A stretch of DNA of 16,316 nt from Promethearchaeia archaeon (GCA_046497275.1 JAWOFX010000086.1:1-16316); one strand, 5' to 3'. Positions 1 through 9,508 are shown, counted from the first letter of the stretch. Numbers and translations: made by a program. Notes: generated from the letters alone by a model not told the origin.

Positions 1-378
1 TATGCCTTAACTCTGTCAAGCATCACTCTATTTCATGATAACAAGATCCTTAACAGTTTGACAATTCCCTTTACATTTATGTATCTACTTATATCATTTC
101 AAGATATTTTAGATCTAAATTTGCTTTTTTTCGTTTTCCACGCGCCTACCGCTATTTCTTGTTTATTTGTTATTAAAAGAAGAGATCATAATTTATACAT
201 TATGCTTTCAATGAGTATTTTGTATGCTCTATGGGTATATTTAATTAAAGCAACCTTATATTTTCCATTTTATGAATTTGTGCTTGGTATTAAAGGAGCA
301 CTTAATCAAACTCTTATTTTAATGCTTATTTGTGTCTCAACTTCCATCTTAGCATCGATACGCAAACATAAAAATTAG
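1..378 (+). CDS. Integral membrane protein, C-terminal fragment (5' end outside window), function unknown
   Basis: Frame 1 is open from base 1 (YALTLSSITLFHDNKILNSLTIPFTF...) to TAG at 376-378, so the ORF-track start at 58 is internal. It has about 4 hydrophobic segments and a basic C-terminal tail (SIRKHKN). Confidence 0.65.
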   Translation, partial: YALTLSSITLFHDNKILNSLTIPFTFMYLLISFQDILDLNLLFFVFHAPTAISCLFVIKRRDHNLYIMLSMSILYALWVYLIKATLYFPFYEFVLGIKGALNQTLILMLICVSTSILASIRKHKN

Positions 379-500
379 CAAGAATCTTCAGAGAGATATT
401 ACTCTATTTATCTTTTTAAACTCTTTTAATATATTTCTTTCTCTGAATTAAAGAATTAAATATCAATTTTTATTAGAATTTATATTTGTTCTCTCCAAAG

Positions 501-516
501 AAAAAAATTTTAATAG
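501..516 (+). promoter_or_regulatory. Putative archaeal BRE/TATA promoter of the serine hydrolase
   Basis: AAAAAAATTTTAATAG: an A-rich BRE followed by TTTAATA. The same pattern recurs upstream of other genes at about 3002 and 15842. A GAGGTGA Shine-Dalgarno site lies at about 545-551. Confidence 0.5.
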
Positions 517-557
517 CACATAATACCTAATAAAATTGAACAAAGAGGTGAAAAACC

Positions 558-1964
558 ATGAAACCCAAAATTGATTCACTCGAACAAATCATCTATAGGT
601 TAATGCGACGGTTTAAAGTGCCGGGATTAGCCATAAGTATCCTTCAAGATGGACAAGTCATATACGAAAAAGGGTTTGGGGCGCGAAATTTAGAAGAAAA
701 CCTTCCCATGACCCAAAATACTTTAATAGGAATCGGGAGCATTTCAAAATCCTTCACAGCGATGCTCATCCTTCAATTTCAAGAAGAAGGCTTGTTAAAC
801 ATTGAGGACCCCGTTCAAAAATATTTGGATATGGAACCGTTTATCAGCCATCCCGATATTCAAATCAAACACCTCCTATCGCATAGTAGCGGAATTCCCT
901 CCGTGGATGCGCAATGGCTTCCGATTGCGATAACTTATGGAGATTATAAGCGTATTTATCCTGTTTCATCGCGTGGAGATTATTTACATCATATTTCCGA
1001 AACGAAAGATGAGATCTTTTTCAAGCCCGGCGAGAAATTTTTCTATAATAATGATATGTATACCCTACTGGGCATAATTATAGAAAAGATAACTGGAAAA
1101 TCATTCGAAACCGTCTTGACCGAGAGAGTTTTCGACTCATTGAAAATGACACGTTCGACTGTGAATCGAGAGAACCTTGAAAAAGATCCTATGCAAGATT
1201 ATATTCGGGGGTATCTCCATAAAGGTGATGGGGATCATAAGGAGGGTGAAATAGAGTTAGCATATCCTAAATTGCCATTCTCAGAGGAACTCCAAGCACC
1301 TGGAGGAATTTATACATCTATGCATGAATTAGCAAATTATGGAAATTGTCTTCTTCACAAGGGTAACTATAATAGCGGCCGATTAATGACATCAGATTCC
1401 ATAGAGATCCTCTGGGCCCCAAGAGTTGAAAGTCCCTATGGATATGGAAAAGATCCTTACTATTGTTTTGGGTGGGTTCGAGAGGAAGATGTATTTGATC
1501 ACACTCTCATTCACCATGGAGGCGGTTTAGGAGTAAGTACTTCTTTCACGGGTCTGATTCCAGATGTAAATCTTGCGGTCAATGTCGCAGAAAATGATGA
1601 TGCTGGTATTGCCGGTGTAATCGGAATGTGTGCCCTCAGTTTAATGCTCGGAAAAGAGCCTCAACAATTCATTGAGAAGTATAGAATTCTGGAAATTTTT
1701 GAGGAAATCAAGGGAACCTATAAATCTTCATTAGGATTATATGAGTTGAACATCTATATGGAGAATCAAATCATTTATATCAAGGTCGAATCTGATGATG
1801 GAACATTTACTTTCCCTCTTGTTGCTGAGAATTTTGACACTTTAAGTTTCAGAATCGCATTAACAGTTCTTAATCCAGTAAAGCGAGTAAAATTCCATAA
1901 AGATGCTGAGACAGGAAAAGTCAAGTTTGTCACATATGATAGATATCTGTATCATAAACAATGA
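558..1964 (+). CDS. Serine hydrolase, beta-lactamase/class C PBP-like family (S12 peptidase/esterase), with a probable C-terminal DUF3471-like beta domain
   Basis: SxxK motif (GS61ISK), YxN motif (FFY163NN), HHGG triad, LLSHSSG and APGGIYTSMHELA family motifs. AGAGGTGA SD precedes the ATG. No signal peptide. Confidence 0.9.
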   Translation: MKPKIDSLEQIIYRLMRRFKVPGLAISILQDGQVIYEKGFGARNLEENLPMTQNTLIGIGSISKSFTAMLILQFQEEGLLNIEDPVQKYLDMEPFISHPDIQIKHLLSHSSGIPSVDAQWLPIAITYGDYKRIYPVSSRGDYLHHISETKDEIFFKPGEKFFYNNDMYTLLGIIIEKITGKSFETVLTERVFDSLKMTRSTVNRENLEKDPMQDYIRGYLHKGDGDHKEGEIELAYPKLPFSEELQAPGGIYTSMHELANYGNCLLHKGNYNSGRLMTSDSIEILWAPRVESPYGYGKDPYYCFGWVREEDVFDHTLIHHGGGLGVSTSFTGLIPDVNLAVNVAENDDAGIAGVIGMCALSLMLGKEPQQFIEKYRILEIFEEIKGTYKSSLGLYELNIYMENQIIYIKVESDDGTFTFPLVAENFDTLSFRIALTVLNPVKRVKFHKDAETGKVKFVTYDRYLYHKQ

Positions 1965-2026
1965 GAAAATTCTAAACTGAATACAGAATATCGCGGATTT
2001 TGAATAATTAGAGGATTATAATGAAA

Positions 2027-2039
2027 TTTTCTCTTTTTT
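2027..2039 (+). terminator. Putative oligo-T terminator
   Basis: TTTTCTCTTTTTT in the gap between the convergent serine hydrolase and TPR genes. Confidence 0.35.
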
Positions 2040-2061
2040 GATTAATTTAAGAAACTTTATT

Positions 2062-2898
2062 CTATTTTTTTTCACTAATTTCAGGTTCCTTATCGAATAA
2101 AAGTTTCCAAAGCTTTCCATTTTCATCCTCATAGATAAACCCCTCATCTGTTTCTCTAATTTTTGAGGGATCTTTTATGATAATGGGAATCCTCTCTTGG
2201 TCTTCCTTTTCGGATCCCCTTATAGTCAAATCTTTTAATCGATCTAGTTGTTGTTTTACATCTTCAAAATGGGGGTCCATTTTAAACACCTCTTCCATGC
2301 ATTTCAATGCTCCATTAAGGTCTCCTAATATTTGTAGAGTCACTCCCTTTCTATACCACGCATATATGAATTTGGGATCAATTTTTATTATTTTCTCATA
2401 AAAATGAATCGCTTCCTTAATGTTGTCCATTAATTCAAGAGTCATTCCTTTCCCAAACAATGCTTGTACAAAGAGAGGATCAATGTTAAGGGCCTCTTCA
2501 TGAAACCTGATCGCTTCATTAAATCTTCCCATCGCCCCCACAGTCATTCCTTTTCTGTACCATGCTTCTTTATTGCGAGGATTAATCGAGAGTATTTTAT
2601 TATAGAATTCAACTGCCTTTTGATAATCCCCTAAATTATGGAATATTATACCACAGTCGAATAGTGCGTCTTCATCATTGGGACTCACAGAGAGAATCTT
2701 ATTGTATCCTTCAAGAGCGCCATGATATTTTCCAATACATTCCAAAGATTTGCTCTTGAAATAGAGGACATCCAAATTATTAGGATTTAGTTTAAGAATT
2801 TGATTGAAATATATAATTGCCTCTTCAAATTTTCCTTGATAAAATAATTCTTCCCCCTTTTCCAGCCACTGATTCAGATTTGTATCATTTTTTTCCAT
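2062..2898 (-). CDS. Tetratricopeptide repeat protein (6 tandem TPRs plus a short C-terminal tail)
   Basis: Six consecutive 34-aa repeats with W/L-x3-G...A...Y/F-x-K/E-x-L-x-I-x-P pattern (e.g. KEAWYRKGMTVGAMGRFNEAIRFHEEALNIDPLF), followed by a capping helix. Confidence 0.92.
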   Translation of the reverse strand: MEKNDTNLNQWLEKGEELFYQGKFEEAIIYFNQILKLNPNNLDVLYFKSKSLECIGKYHGALEGYNKILSVSPNDEDALFDCGIIFHNLGDYQKAVEFYNKILSINPRNKEAWYRKGMTVGAMGRFNEAIRFHEEALNIDPLFVQALFGKGMTLELMDNIKEAIHFYEKIIKIDPKFIYAWYRKGVTLQILGDLNGALKCMEEVFKMDPHFEDVKQQLDRLKDLTIRGSEKEDQERIPIIIKDPSKIRETDEGFIYEDENGKLWKLLFDKEPEISEKK

Positions 2899-3000
2899 AT
2901 CTAAATCAAGATCTCGATACTATTTGAAATTTATTAACTTAACAAACTTAATAACCAGATGCTAATTTTTAGAGCTCTTTTTAGAAGAGAATTTCATTAC

Positions 3001-3017
3001 GAAAAATATTTAATAAG
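3001..3017 (+). promoter_or_regulatory. Putative BRE/TATA promoter of the membrane hydrolase gene
   Basis: GAAAAATATTTAATAAG lies inside the ORF-track N-terminal extension, which supports the later start at 3076. Confidence 0.45.
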
Positions 3018-3075
3018 CTTTCGAGCGAAACAATACTTATCAAATAAAAATAATAATCTTTTCGAGGAAACGAAA

Positions 3076-4185
3076 ATGCCTACATTTGGACATGTTTTCT
3101 ATGGACTATGTCTCCTTATTCCGATTTTTTACTACACAAGGAACAAGTTCAATTACAAAGTCGCCTTTATTTTTTTTGCGAATATGCTTTATGGACCAGA
3201 TACGATGTGGCTTTTTTTTGATACACCATTCCATAGTATTTTGGGGTTTGCTATATTAGCAATACCTCTTTCTTTAGTCTATTCTTATAGCTCCCGATTT
3301 TCACTGCAAAAGTCAGAGGAAGGCTTTCCATTGAAATTTGTTGATCAAGAATTAAGTGAAGTAAAATGGAGGAACGCCTATATTTTAACTGTAGCAGGAG
3401 GAATCTCGCACTTTTTCATTGATCAATTTTTTCACTTTGAAGAATCGATGTGGATATGGTCGTGGCCGGATATAAGTATCACCTATGATCAGATGCTTTC
3501 ATGGGGCGGACCATTATACCATGTGTTTGATCCACTTATGGTAATTGGGGAAATAATCGTGGTGGTAACCATCCTATTATCGTTCTATTATTTCAGAAAA
3601 GGATATAAAGAGACCTTTAAAGCGTTTGTAATTGTTTCATGCATCACCTTTGTCATAATGCTACTCGGTGCATTAGGAGTTGGGAATCTTACTGCAGTTT
3701 TCGGTGGAGAGCGAGAATTGGCGGTGATTGCGTTTGGACTAGTTTATATCTTAATCCCACTCTTTATGTTAATGTATGTTGCTCGGGATGTGGAAGAGAA
3801 TACGATTATGGAACCTGATAAAGTAAAAATCCCACGAGAGCGCCTATTAAAGATAGTGGCATCATTAGCTATGGTGTTCGCGATCTTCTTCATTCTCTAT
3901 GGAGTGCTTGCAATTGTTCTTTCCGATACCCTTGCTGATTTAATTCATTCAATGACGGGCACCGTCTATTATAATACTGAGACAGCATTAGTTTTCTTAG
4001 GAGTTTACTATGCAACCATAGCAACAATCCTTTTGATTGGGTCAATCGGTCTATTCTTTAAAAATAATTTCTGTCGATACTTAGCAATAGGAGCATCCCT
4101 CTACTTTTTCATCATTGGATTCCCATTAGCAATCGCATTGTTTCTATGCGAAAATAAGGTAAAACAGATGTTCAGAAAAGAATAA
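3076..4185 (+). CDS. Polytopic membrane protein, YdjM-like metal-dependent hydrolase with extra C-terminal TM helices
   Basis: Start moved from 2959 to ATG 3076 (GAGGA SD, MPTFGH...). Motifs GH, GPD, FHS and SHFFID match the H / PD / HS / SH-xx-D pattern of the YdjM (PF04307-like) family. About 9-10 hydrophobic segments. Confidence 0.65.
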   Translation: MPTFGHVFYGLCLLIPIFYYTRNKFNYKVAFIFFANMLYGPDTMWLFFDTPFHSILGFAILAIPLSLVYSYSSRFSLQKSEEGFPLKFVDQELSEVKWRNAYILTVAGGISHFFIDQFFHFEESMWIWSWPDISITYDQMLSWGGPLYHVFDPLMVIGEIIVVVTILLSFYYFRKGYKETFKAFVIVSCITFVIMLLGALGVGNLTAVFGGERELAVIAFGLVYILIPLFMLMYVARDVEENTIMEPDKVKIPRERLLKIVASLAMVFAIFFILYGVLAIVLSDTLADLIHSMTGTVYYNTETALVFLGVYYATIATILLIGSIGLFFKNNFCRYLAIGASLYFFIIGFPLAIALFLCENKVKQMFRKE

Positions 4186-4195
4186 AACTTAATCA

Positions 4196-4220
4196 TTTTC
4201 TTTTTTTTTTATTTACTTTT
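4196..4220 (+). terminator. Oligo-T terminator
   Basis: TTTTC-T10-ATTTACTTTT begins 10 nt after the stop at 4185. Confidence 0.6.
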
Positions 4221-4282
4221 ATACCAAAATTGAGTTGAAAAGCAAATTAGACTAAGATTATATTTTCATTATGACCATCATT

Positions 4283-4294
4283 AAAATTTATTAG
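4283..4294 (+). promoter_or_regulatory. Putative TATA box for a leaderless GH94-like transcript
   Basis: AAAATTTATTAG, with the TATA starting about 31 nt before ATG 4318. No SD precedes the ATG. Confidence 0.4.
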
Positions 4295-4317
4295 TAAAAT
4301 AAACTAAGATTAAAATT

Positions 4318-7026
4318 ATGAATGAAAGAAAACCCTATGGCTCCGGATATTTTGGAAGATGGATAGAGGATGAATACGGATTGCCTGCATATAAATATGA
4401 ATGTAATCAAATTCTTGACCCAAATGCAGCAACCCCTATGAATGATCTCTGGCGTTCTAAGACCGATCATTATTTTCTGGTCGGAAATGACAGAGTTGTG
4501 GGAATTGCCTCTAATTACGGATATATTAAACTTAGACAAGATGAAGGAAGTCCAAAATATTTAAATTATTATTTGCCAGAACTTCAGCAATATACGGGAG
4601 GTTTTGGATATCTAACCGACGGAAAACAAACATTAAGCACATATTATGCTGAACAAAATTTTCTTGATGAGCGAATATACGGAGTGGGATATTTTCGAAA
4701 AAAGATAGATAATGAGACCTATTCATTAGATCACGTAATTTTGGCTCCCTTTGGAGACGATCCTGTTTTAATCTCTCAAATTTCCATTACGAATTCATCC
4801 GATGAGAAGAAGAACGTAAGCTGGTTTGAATATTGGAGTTGTTTCAATTTTCAGTTTTCATTTCAAGCGGTTCTTCGAGCATTAAGTAAAAAAGACTCGG
4901 ATGAGTTAAAGGATTATCGAGTTGAGTTAGAAAAAAAATTCAAAAATAAATTTATTATGCTTGATGGCAATCTGGGACTTCTTAATCTCAAATATGATCC
5001 CTCCTCAAGAGCGGTAGAAGAGCAAAAAAATTTTGACCTAAGAAAGAATGGGATTCAGATTGGTAAGAAAAAGCCCGTATATGAGGATAAGAGCCCTCAC
5101 CCAATTTTCTTAATATGTCTTGATGATCAAGTTCAAGGCTGTTTTACTGATGCTAACAAATTTTTTGGAAAAGGGGGAATACGGAATCCGGATGGTCTTA
5201 AAACGGAAGCTTCCTATAGAACTGGGTATGAAGGGGTTGACTCGTGTATGGTCTTAAAAAAAGACTTGGAATTAGAACCGCATGAGACTAAAAAAATAAC
5301 TTTTATGTATGGATATATCCCTCAAGGATTTCAATTAAATCAATTAATTGCCAAATACAAGACTCAAAAAAATTCCCTCTTGGAAAAATCTCTGAGCTCT
5401 TGGAAACAGCATGGTCCGAGATTTGAAATTGAGGGAGAGGATTGGGTATTTAGAGAAACTTTATGGCATTATTATTATTTGCGTGGTGGATTAACGTACG
5501 ATGATTTTTTTATGGAACATATCCTCTCTCAAGGACATGTATATCAATATATAATTGGATTTCAGGGAGCAGCACGTGATCCTCCGCAACATGCTATGCC
5601 CTTTCTTTTTGATGACGCCGATATTGTGAAACAAATTATCCGATATACTTTTAAAGAGACGAAGAAAAATGGAAAAATCCCATATGGCATAACTGGGAAT
5701 GGAGCGATTATGTCCTCACTATGGGAGCCCAGCGACACAGAACTATGGCTTCTTTGGCTCACAAGTGAATATGTCTTATCCTCAAAGGACAAGGAGTTCT
5801 TAGATGAAGATATTCCTTTATATCCTATTTACAAAAAAAACCCATCATCACTTTCAATCAAAGAATTTCTAAAGATCATTTTTCAACATTTCACAGAAGA
5901 TACTGGAAAAGGAATACATGGATTACAAAAGGTTGAGAGTTGTGATTGGAATGATATGATCATTACTGGGTTTGTTCCAGATGATCTTCTCCTTGCAGTA
6001 AAAAAAGAGGGAGAATCTGTCTTGAATTCTGCAATGGCTGCCTATGTATTACCTCTTTTTGCCAATCTAATGGATTTTGTAGATGAAAAGGACACTGCAA
6101 TAAAGGCACGGATCTATGCTAATGAAATGAAAAATGCCTTAGAGAAGCAATGGAATGGAAAATGGTTTAATCGAGCATGGCTTACGGAAACGCTTGGATG
6201 GATTGGAGTCGAAAACTTATGGTTAGAACCTCAACCGTGGGCTATTATTAGTGATGTCGTAGATGAACAGAAAGAAGCACGATTAGTCCAGAGTATCGAC
6301 AAGATGGTAAGGCAACCCTCAAAACTGGGGGCGATCTTACAAAGTAATCCAATTGAAAGCGCCCAAGAACCCCCTGGAATGGCCACTAATGCAGGGATAT
6401 GGGCTTCGATTAATGGAACTTTAATATGGGCTCTAACTAAAGCCAATCCAGAAATGGCATGGCATGAATGGAAAAAGAATACGTTGACTTTTCATGCTGA
6501 AACGTATCCTAAAATTTGGTATGGTATATGGAGTGGTCCGGACACGATAAATTCTACATTTTCAGAATTTCCCGGACATACTCTATTTAATAAATATTAT
6601 TTAACTGGTGATCCAAAACATAAGAGCGAGAGTGCAATCTCAATGGATGTAAACTGGACAGATTTTCCCGTTCTTAACTTACATCCGCATGCATGGCCAC
6701 TTTTTAATATCACGCATCTTTTAGGGTTCAATTTCACAAAGGAAGGTCTTAAAGTCGATCTTAATTTTCCAAAAGAGATCTATGAATTCTCATCTAAGTT
6801 GTGTGGGTTGAAAAAAGACCAGGAGGGATACTCGGGATGGTATAATCCAAAAATAAAAGGAGAATGGATCATCGAACTTAAGCTTGAACAATCAGAAATA
6901 TCTCAATTCAAAACGCTTATAGTCAATAATATTGAGAAAGAACTAAAAATTAAAGAAAATAAAATAATATTTAGTGGATTAAATGAAACCGAAAAAGGAA
7001 TCTATTGGCAATTGAAAAAATGGTAA
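4318..7026 (+). CDS. Divergent GH94-like (cellobiose/chitobiose phosphorylase fold) glycoside phosphorylase or hydrolase
   Basis: 902 aa. N-terminal beta-sandwich-like region (LVGNDR...SNYG). ARDPPQ corresponds to the GH94 RD-x-x-Q motif and CDWND (5941-5955) to the catalytic DWND loop. GESV, W-x-G-x-WFNRAW and LEPQPWAI also match the (alpha/alpha)6 barrel of GH94. No signal peptide. Confidence 0.7.
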   Translation: MNERKPYGSGYFGRWIEDEYGLPAYKYECNQILDPNAATPMNDLWRSKTDHYFLVGNDRVVGIASNYGYIKLRQDEGSPKYLNYYLPELQQYTGGFGYLTDGKQTLSTYYAEQNFLDERIYGVGYFRKKIDNETYSLDHVILAPFGDDPVLISQISITNSSDEKKNVSWFEYWSCFNFQFSFQAVLRALSKKDSDELKDYRVELEKKFKNKFIMLDGNLGLLNLKYDPSSRAVEEQKNFDLRKNGIQIGKKKPVYEDKSPHPIFLICLDDQVQGCFTDANKFFGKGGIRNPDGLKTEASYRTGYEGVDSCMVLKKDLELEPHETKKITFMYGYIPQGFQLNQLIAKYKTQKNSLLEKSLSSWKQHGPRFEIEGEDWVFRETLWHYYYLRGGLTYDDFFMEHILSQGHVYQYIIGFQGAARDPPQHAMPFLFDDADIVKQIIRYTFKETKKNGKIPYGITGNGAIMSSLWEPSDTELWLLWLTSEYVLSSKDKEFLDEDIPLYPIYKKNPSSLSIKEFLKIIFQHFTEDTGKGIHGLQKVESCDWNDMIITGFVPDDLLLAVKKEGESVLNSAMAAYVLPLFANLMDFVDEKDTAIKARIYANEMKNALEKQWNGKWFNRAWLTETLGWIGVENLWLEPQPWAIISDVVDEQKEARLVQSIDKMVRQPSKLGAILQSNPIESAQEPPGMATNAGIWASINGTLIWALTKANPEMAWHEWKKNTLTFHAETYPKIWYGIWSGPDTINSTFSEFPGHTLFNKYYLTGDPKHKSESAISMDVNWTDFPVLNLHPHAWPLFNITHLLGFNFTKEGLKVDLNFPKEIYEFSSKLCGLKKDQEGYSGWYNPKIKGEWIIELKLEQSEISQFKTLIVNNIEKELKIKENKIIFSGLNETEKGIYWQLKKW

Positions 7027-7045
7027 TATTTAATATCTATTTTTA

Positions 7046-9508
7046 TTACTTGTTAGTGGTTGACACAGCTACTTTTGAGAAAAATTCTTTTTGAGCTATT
7101 TTCCTCTTTTTTCCAACAATCTTGAACTTTCCTTGTAATTTAGCTCCAGATTTAGAGAATAAATCAGAAAGTTCTAGTAATTCTGAACCATATAATCCAT
7201 AAGTACTGCCAATAAATACATCCATAATCCCGGGGTCAATAACAAAATCCATATTCTCGTCATAAAATCCCAATTGGTTCATTAATATTGTGAAGGATAT
7301 GGTTTTAGTTTCATTCGGTTGGAGGGAAATCCTTTTAAACCCGCATAATTCTTCAAGAGGGCGAGTCACATTAGCTTTTCGATCAGATATATAGAGTTGT
7401 ACAACTTCCTCTCCTACCATTTCACCAATATTTGTCACATCACAAGAAATGGTTATATTACCATTACTAACCACTTCTTCTTTATCAAATTTCAGATTCG
7501 AATAGTTGAATTCAGTATAACTTAGCCCATATCCAAAAGGATATAAGGGCATGGTGTTCTGTTCCACATAATTCCAGCTCCACACCGCAAGATTAGCCGT
7601 AGGTTTCTGATTATGATATAAAGATATTTGTCCTACACTACGAGGGATAGATAAAGGTAATTTTCCCCCTGGATTATATTTCCCAAATAAAACTTCAGCA
7701 ACAGCTACGGCACCCTCTTCACCAGGTAACCATGCTTCTATTATAGCTGGAATGTGCTCTTTTTCCCAAGAGATGGAGAGAGGTCTTCCATTAATTAAGA
7801 CTAAAATAATAGGTTTTCCAGTTTCATGTAATCTTTTCACCATATCTAATTGAACTCCTGGAAGGTTGAGGGTTGTACGATCCCGAGACTCGCCGCTAGT
7901 GCATCCTAACGTCATACCAGACTTCCCCCCCATAACTAGTATAATAATATCTGATCTATTGGCAAGATCTATCGCCTCTTCAAACCCTGATGTATCATTA
8001 TCATTGATATTACATCCTTTTACATAATTTACTTCAGAATCATGTGAGACGCTTTCTTTTATTGCCTCTAATATACTTTTTGAATTGTGTTCTTTTTGTA
8101 TGAAAGTATTAAGTTTCTCGAAATCTATCTCATTTTTAACATATTCTAACCATTCTTCAGTGAGTTCAGCACTCGCAAACGGATCTTTTAATTGATCTTC
8201 TAATTGAGCTAAATAGACATAATCTCCGAAAAGATTCCGTATATTGTGTGCATTTGGACCTATTACAGCTATTTTTTTAATATTATTGTCTAATGGTAGA
8301 AGAGAGTTTTTGTTCTTAAGCAACACAATAGATTTACGAGCTAATTCTCGAGCAATTTTTTTATTCTCTGGATTTTCATATATCTTAGAAATTTCCGTCT
8401 TATTTTCACTTGTATACGGATTTTCAAATAATCCCAAGTGAAATTTCATTTTTAAAACATTTGAGACTGCTCTATTAATTGTAACTTCATTAATCTCATT
8501 TCTTTTGGCTTTTCTAATGAATTTTTTTCCAAAACCTTCTCTTTTAGGTAATTCTACATCCATTCCGGCATTCAAAGCAAGAATAGCTGCATCATCGGAT
8601 TTTGAAGTTATTCGGTGCAATTTAGATGCATTACTAATGGTTTCATAATCGGAGACAACAATTCCCTTAAATCCAAGCGTATTCCTTAACAAATCTGTTA
8701 AAACTTCATAGGAAAACCCGCACGGAAGGCCATCTATTTCGCTATAAGAGTTCATAATCGATCCAATGTTCGCTACTTTTATAGCGGCTTCAAATGGTTT
8801 CGCGAAATTTTCGAGGAGATCACGTCGAGGTATCTGACAAGGTCCCCAATTTCTCCCTCCTTGACTAAATCCATACCCAAGAAAATGCTTCCCCGTTGCA
8901 ATAACACCTGTCTTAAAAGATTCTCCCTGCAATCCTTTGACATAAGCTACTCCCATTGTTGATGCGAGATACGGATCTTCTCCATATGTTTCTTCTATTC
9001 TTCCCCATCTTGGATCCCGTCCAATATCAAGTACAGGAGATAACGATTGATGAGCTCCTACACCTCTAATTTGCCATCTTATTATCGAAGTCATTTTTTT
9101 CACGAGATCTGGCTCCCATGTTGATGCTAATCCTATAGCTTGCGGGAATATCGTCGCCTTTCTCGCGGCATATCCACATAAACTCTCTTCATGAATAATT
9201 GCTGGAATTCCTAACCGGGTGTTTTCTACTAAATATTTTTGAATCTGATTGGCAATTTTTACACTCTCCTCTGGAGTCAAAAGAGTTGAGCCCCCAATCC
9301 TAGTAATTTCTCCGATCCCATTCTTTAACAATTTCTCTAATTGTTCAATTGATGCCTTATCATTTTGATTAATTAATTCTCGTCCGTATTCAGAGGTGAG
9401 TTGAGCAACTTTCTCTTCGATATTCATTCTTGAAAGCAAATCCTTTACTCTCTCATCAACGGAAAGAGATGGATCTTGATAGGGATATGATCCTTTTTCT
9501 TCATTCAT
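7046..9508 (-). CDS. Glycoside hydrolase family 3 (beta-glucosidase/beta-xylosidase) with C-terminal Fn3-like domain
   Basis: RLGIP, HEESLCG, RDPRWGRIEETYGEDP, KHF, VSDY (nucleophile Asp), GESRD (acid/base Glu), WLPGEEG, PFGYGLSY and EVVQLY motifs. ATG at 9508 is preferred over TTG at 9517. No signal peptide. Confidence 0.95.
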   Translation of the reverse strand: MNEEKGSYPYQDPSLSVDERVKDLLSRMNIEEKVAQLTSEYGRELINQNDKASIEQLEKLLKNGIGEITRIGGSTLLTPEESVKIANQIQKYLVENTRLGIPAIIHEESLCGYAARKATIFPQAIGLASTWEPDLVKKMTSIIRWQIRGVGAHQSLSPVLDIGRDPRWGRIEETYGEDPYLASTMGVAYVKGLQGESFKTGVIATGKHFLGYGFSQGGRNWGPCQIPRRDLLENFAKPFEAAIKVANIGSIMNSYSEIDGLPCGFSYEVLTDLLRNTLGFKGIVVSDYETISNASKLHRITSKSDDAAILALNAGMDVELPKREGFGKKFIRKAKRNEINEVTINRAVSNVLKMKFHLGLFENPYTSENKTEISKIYENPENKKIARELARKSIVLLKNKNSLLPLDNNIKKIAVIGPNAHNIRNLFGDYVYLAQLEDQLKDPFASAELTEEWLEYVKNEIDFEKLNTFIQKEHNSKSILEAIKESVSHDSEVNYVKGCNINDNDTSGFEEAIDLANRSDIIILVMGGKSGMTLGCTSGESRDRTTLNLPGVQLDMVKRLHETGKPIILVLINGRPLSISWEKEHIPAIIEAWLPGEEGAVAVAEVLFGKYNPGGKLPLSIPRSVGQISLYHNQKPTANLAVWSWNYVEQNTMPLYPFGYGLSYTEFNYSNLKFDKEEVVSNGNITISCDVTNIGEMVGEEVVQLYISDRKANVTRPLEELCGFKRISLQPNETKTISFTILMNQLGFYDENMDFVIDPGIMDVFIGSTYGLYGSELLELSDLFSKSGAKLQGKFKIVGKKRKIAQKEFFSKVAVSTTNK

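Noticed and set aside
1962-2003. Selenocysteine read-through of the serine hydrolase TGA stop
   Set aside because: The protein ends naturally at YLYHKQ. Read-through gives only a short peptide before another TGA, with no Cys-homologous position.
2959-3075. N-terminal 39-aa extension of the membrane hydrolase in the ORF track
   Set aside because: It contains a BRE/TATA-like element. ATG 3076 has an SD and places the family His near the N-terminus.
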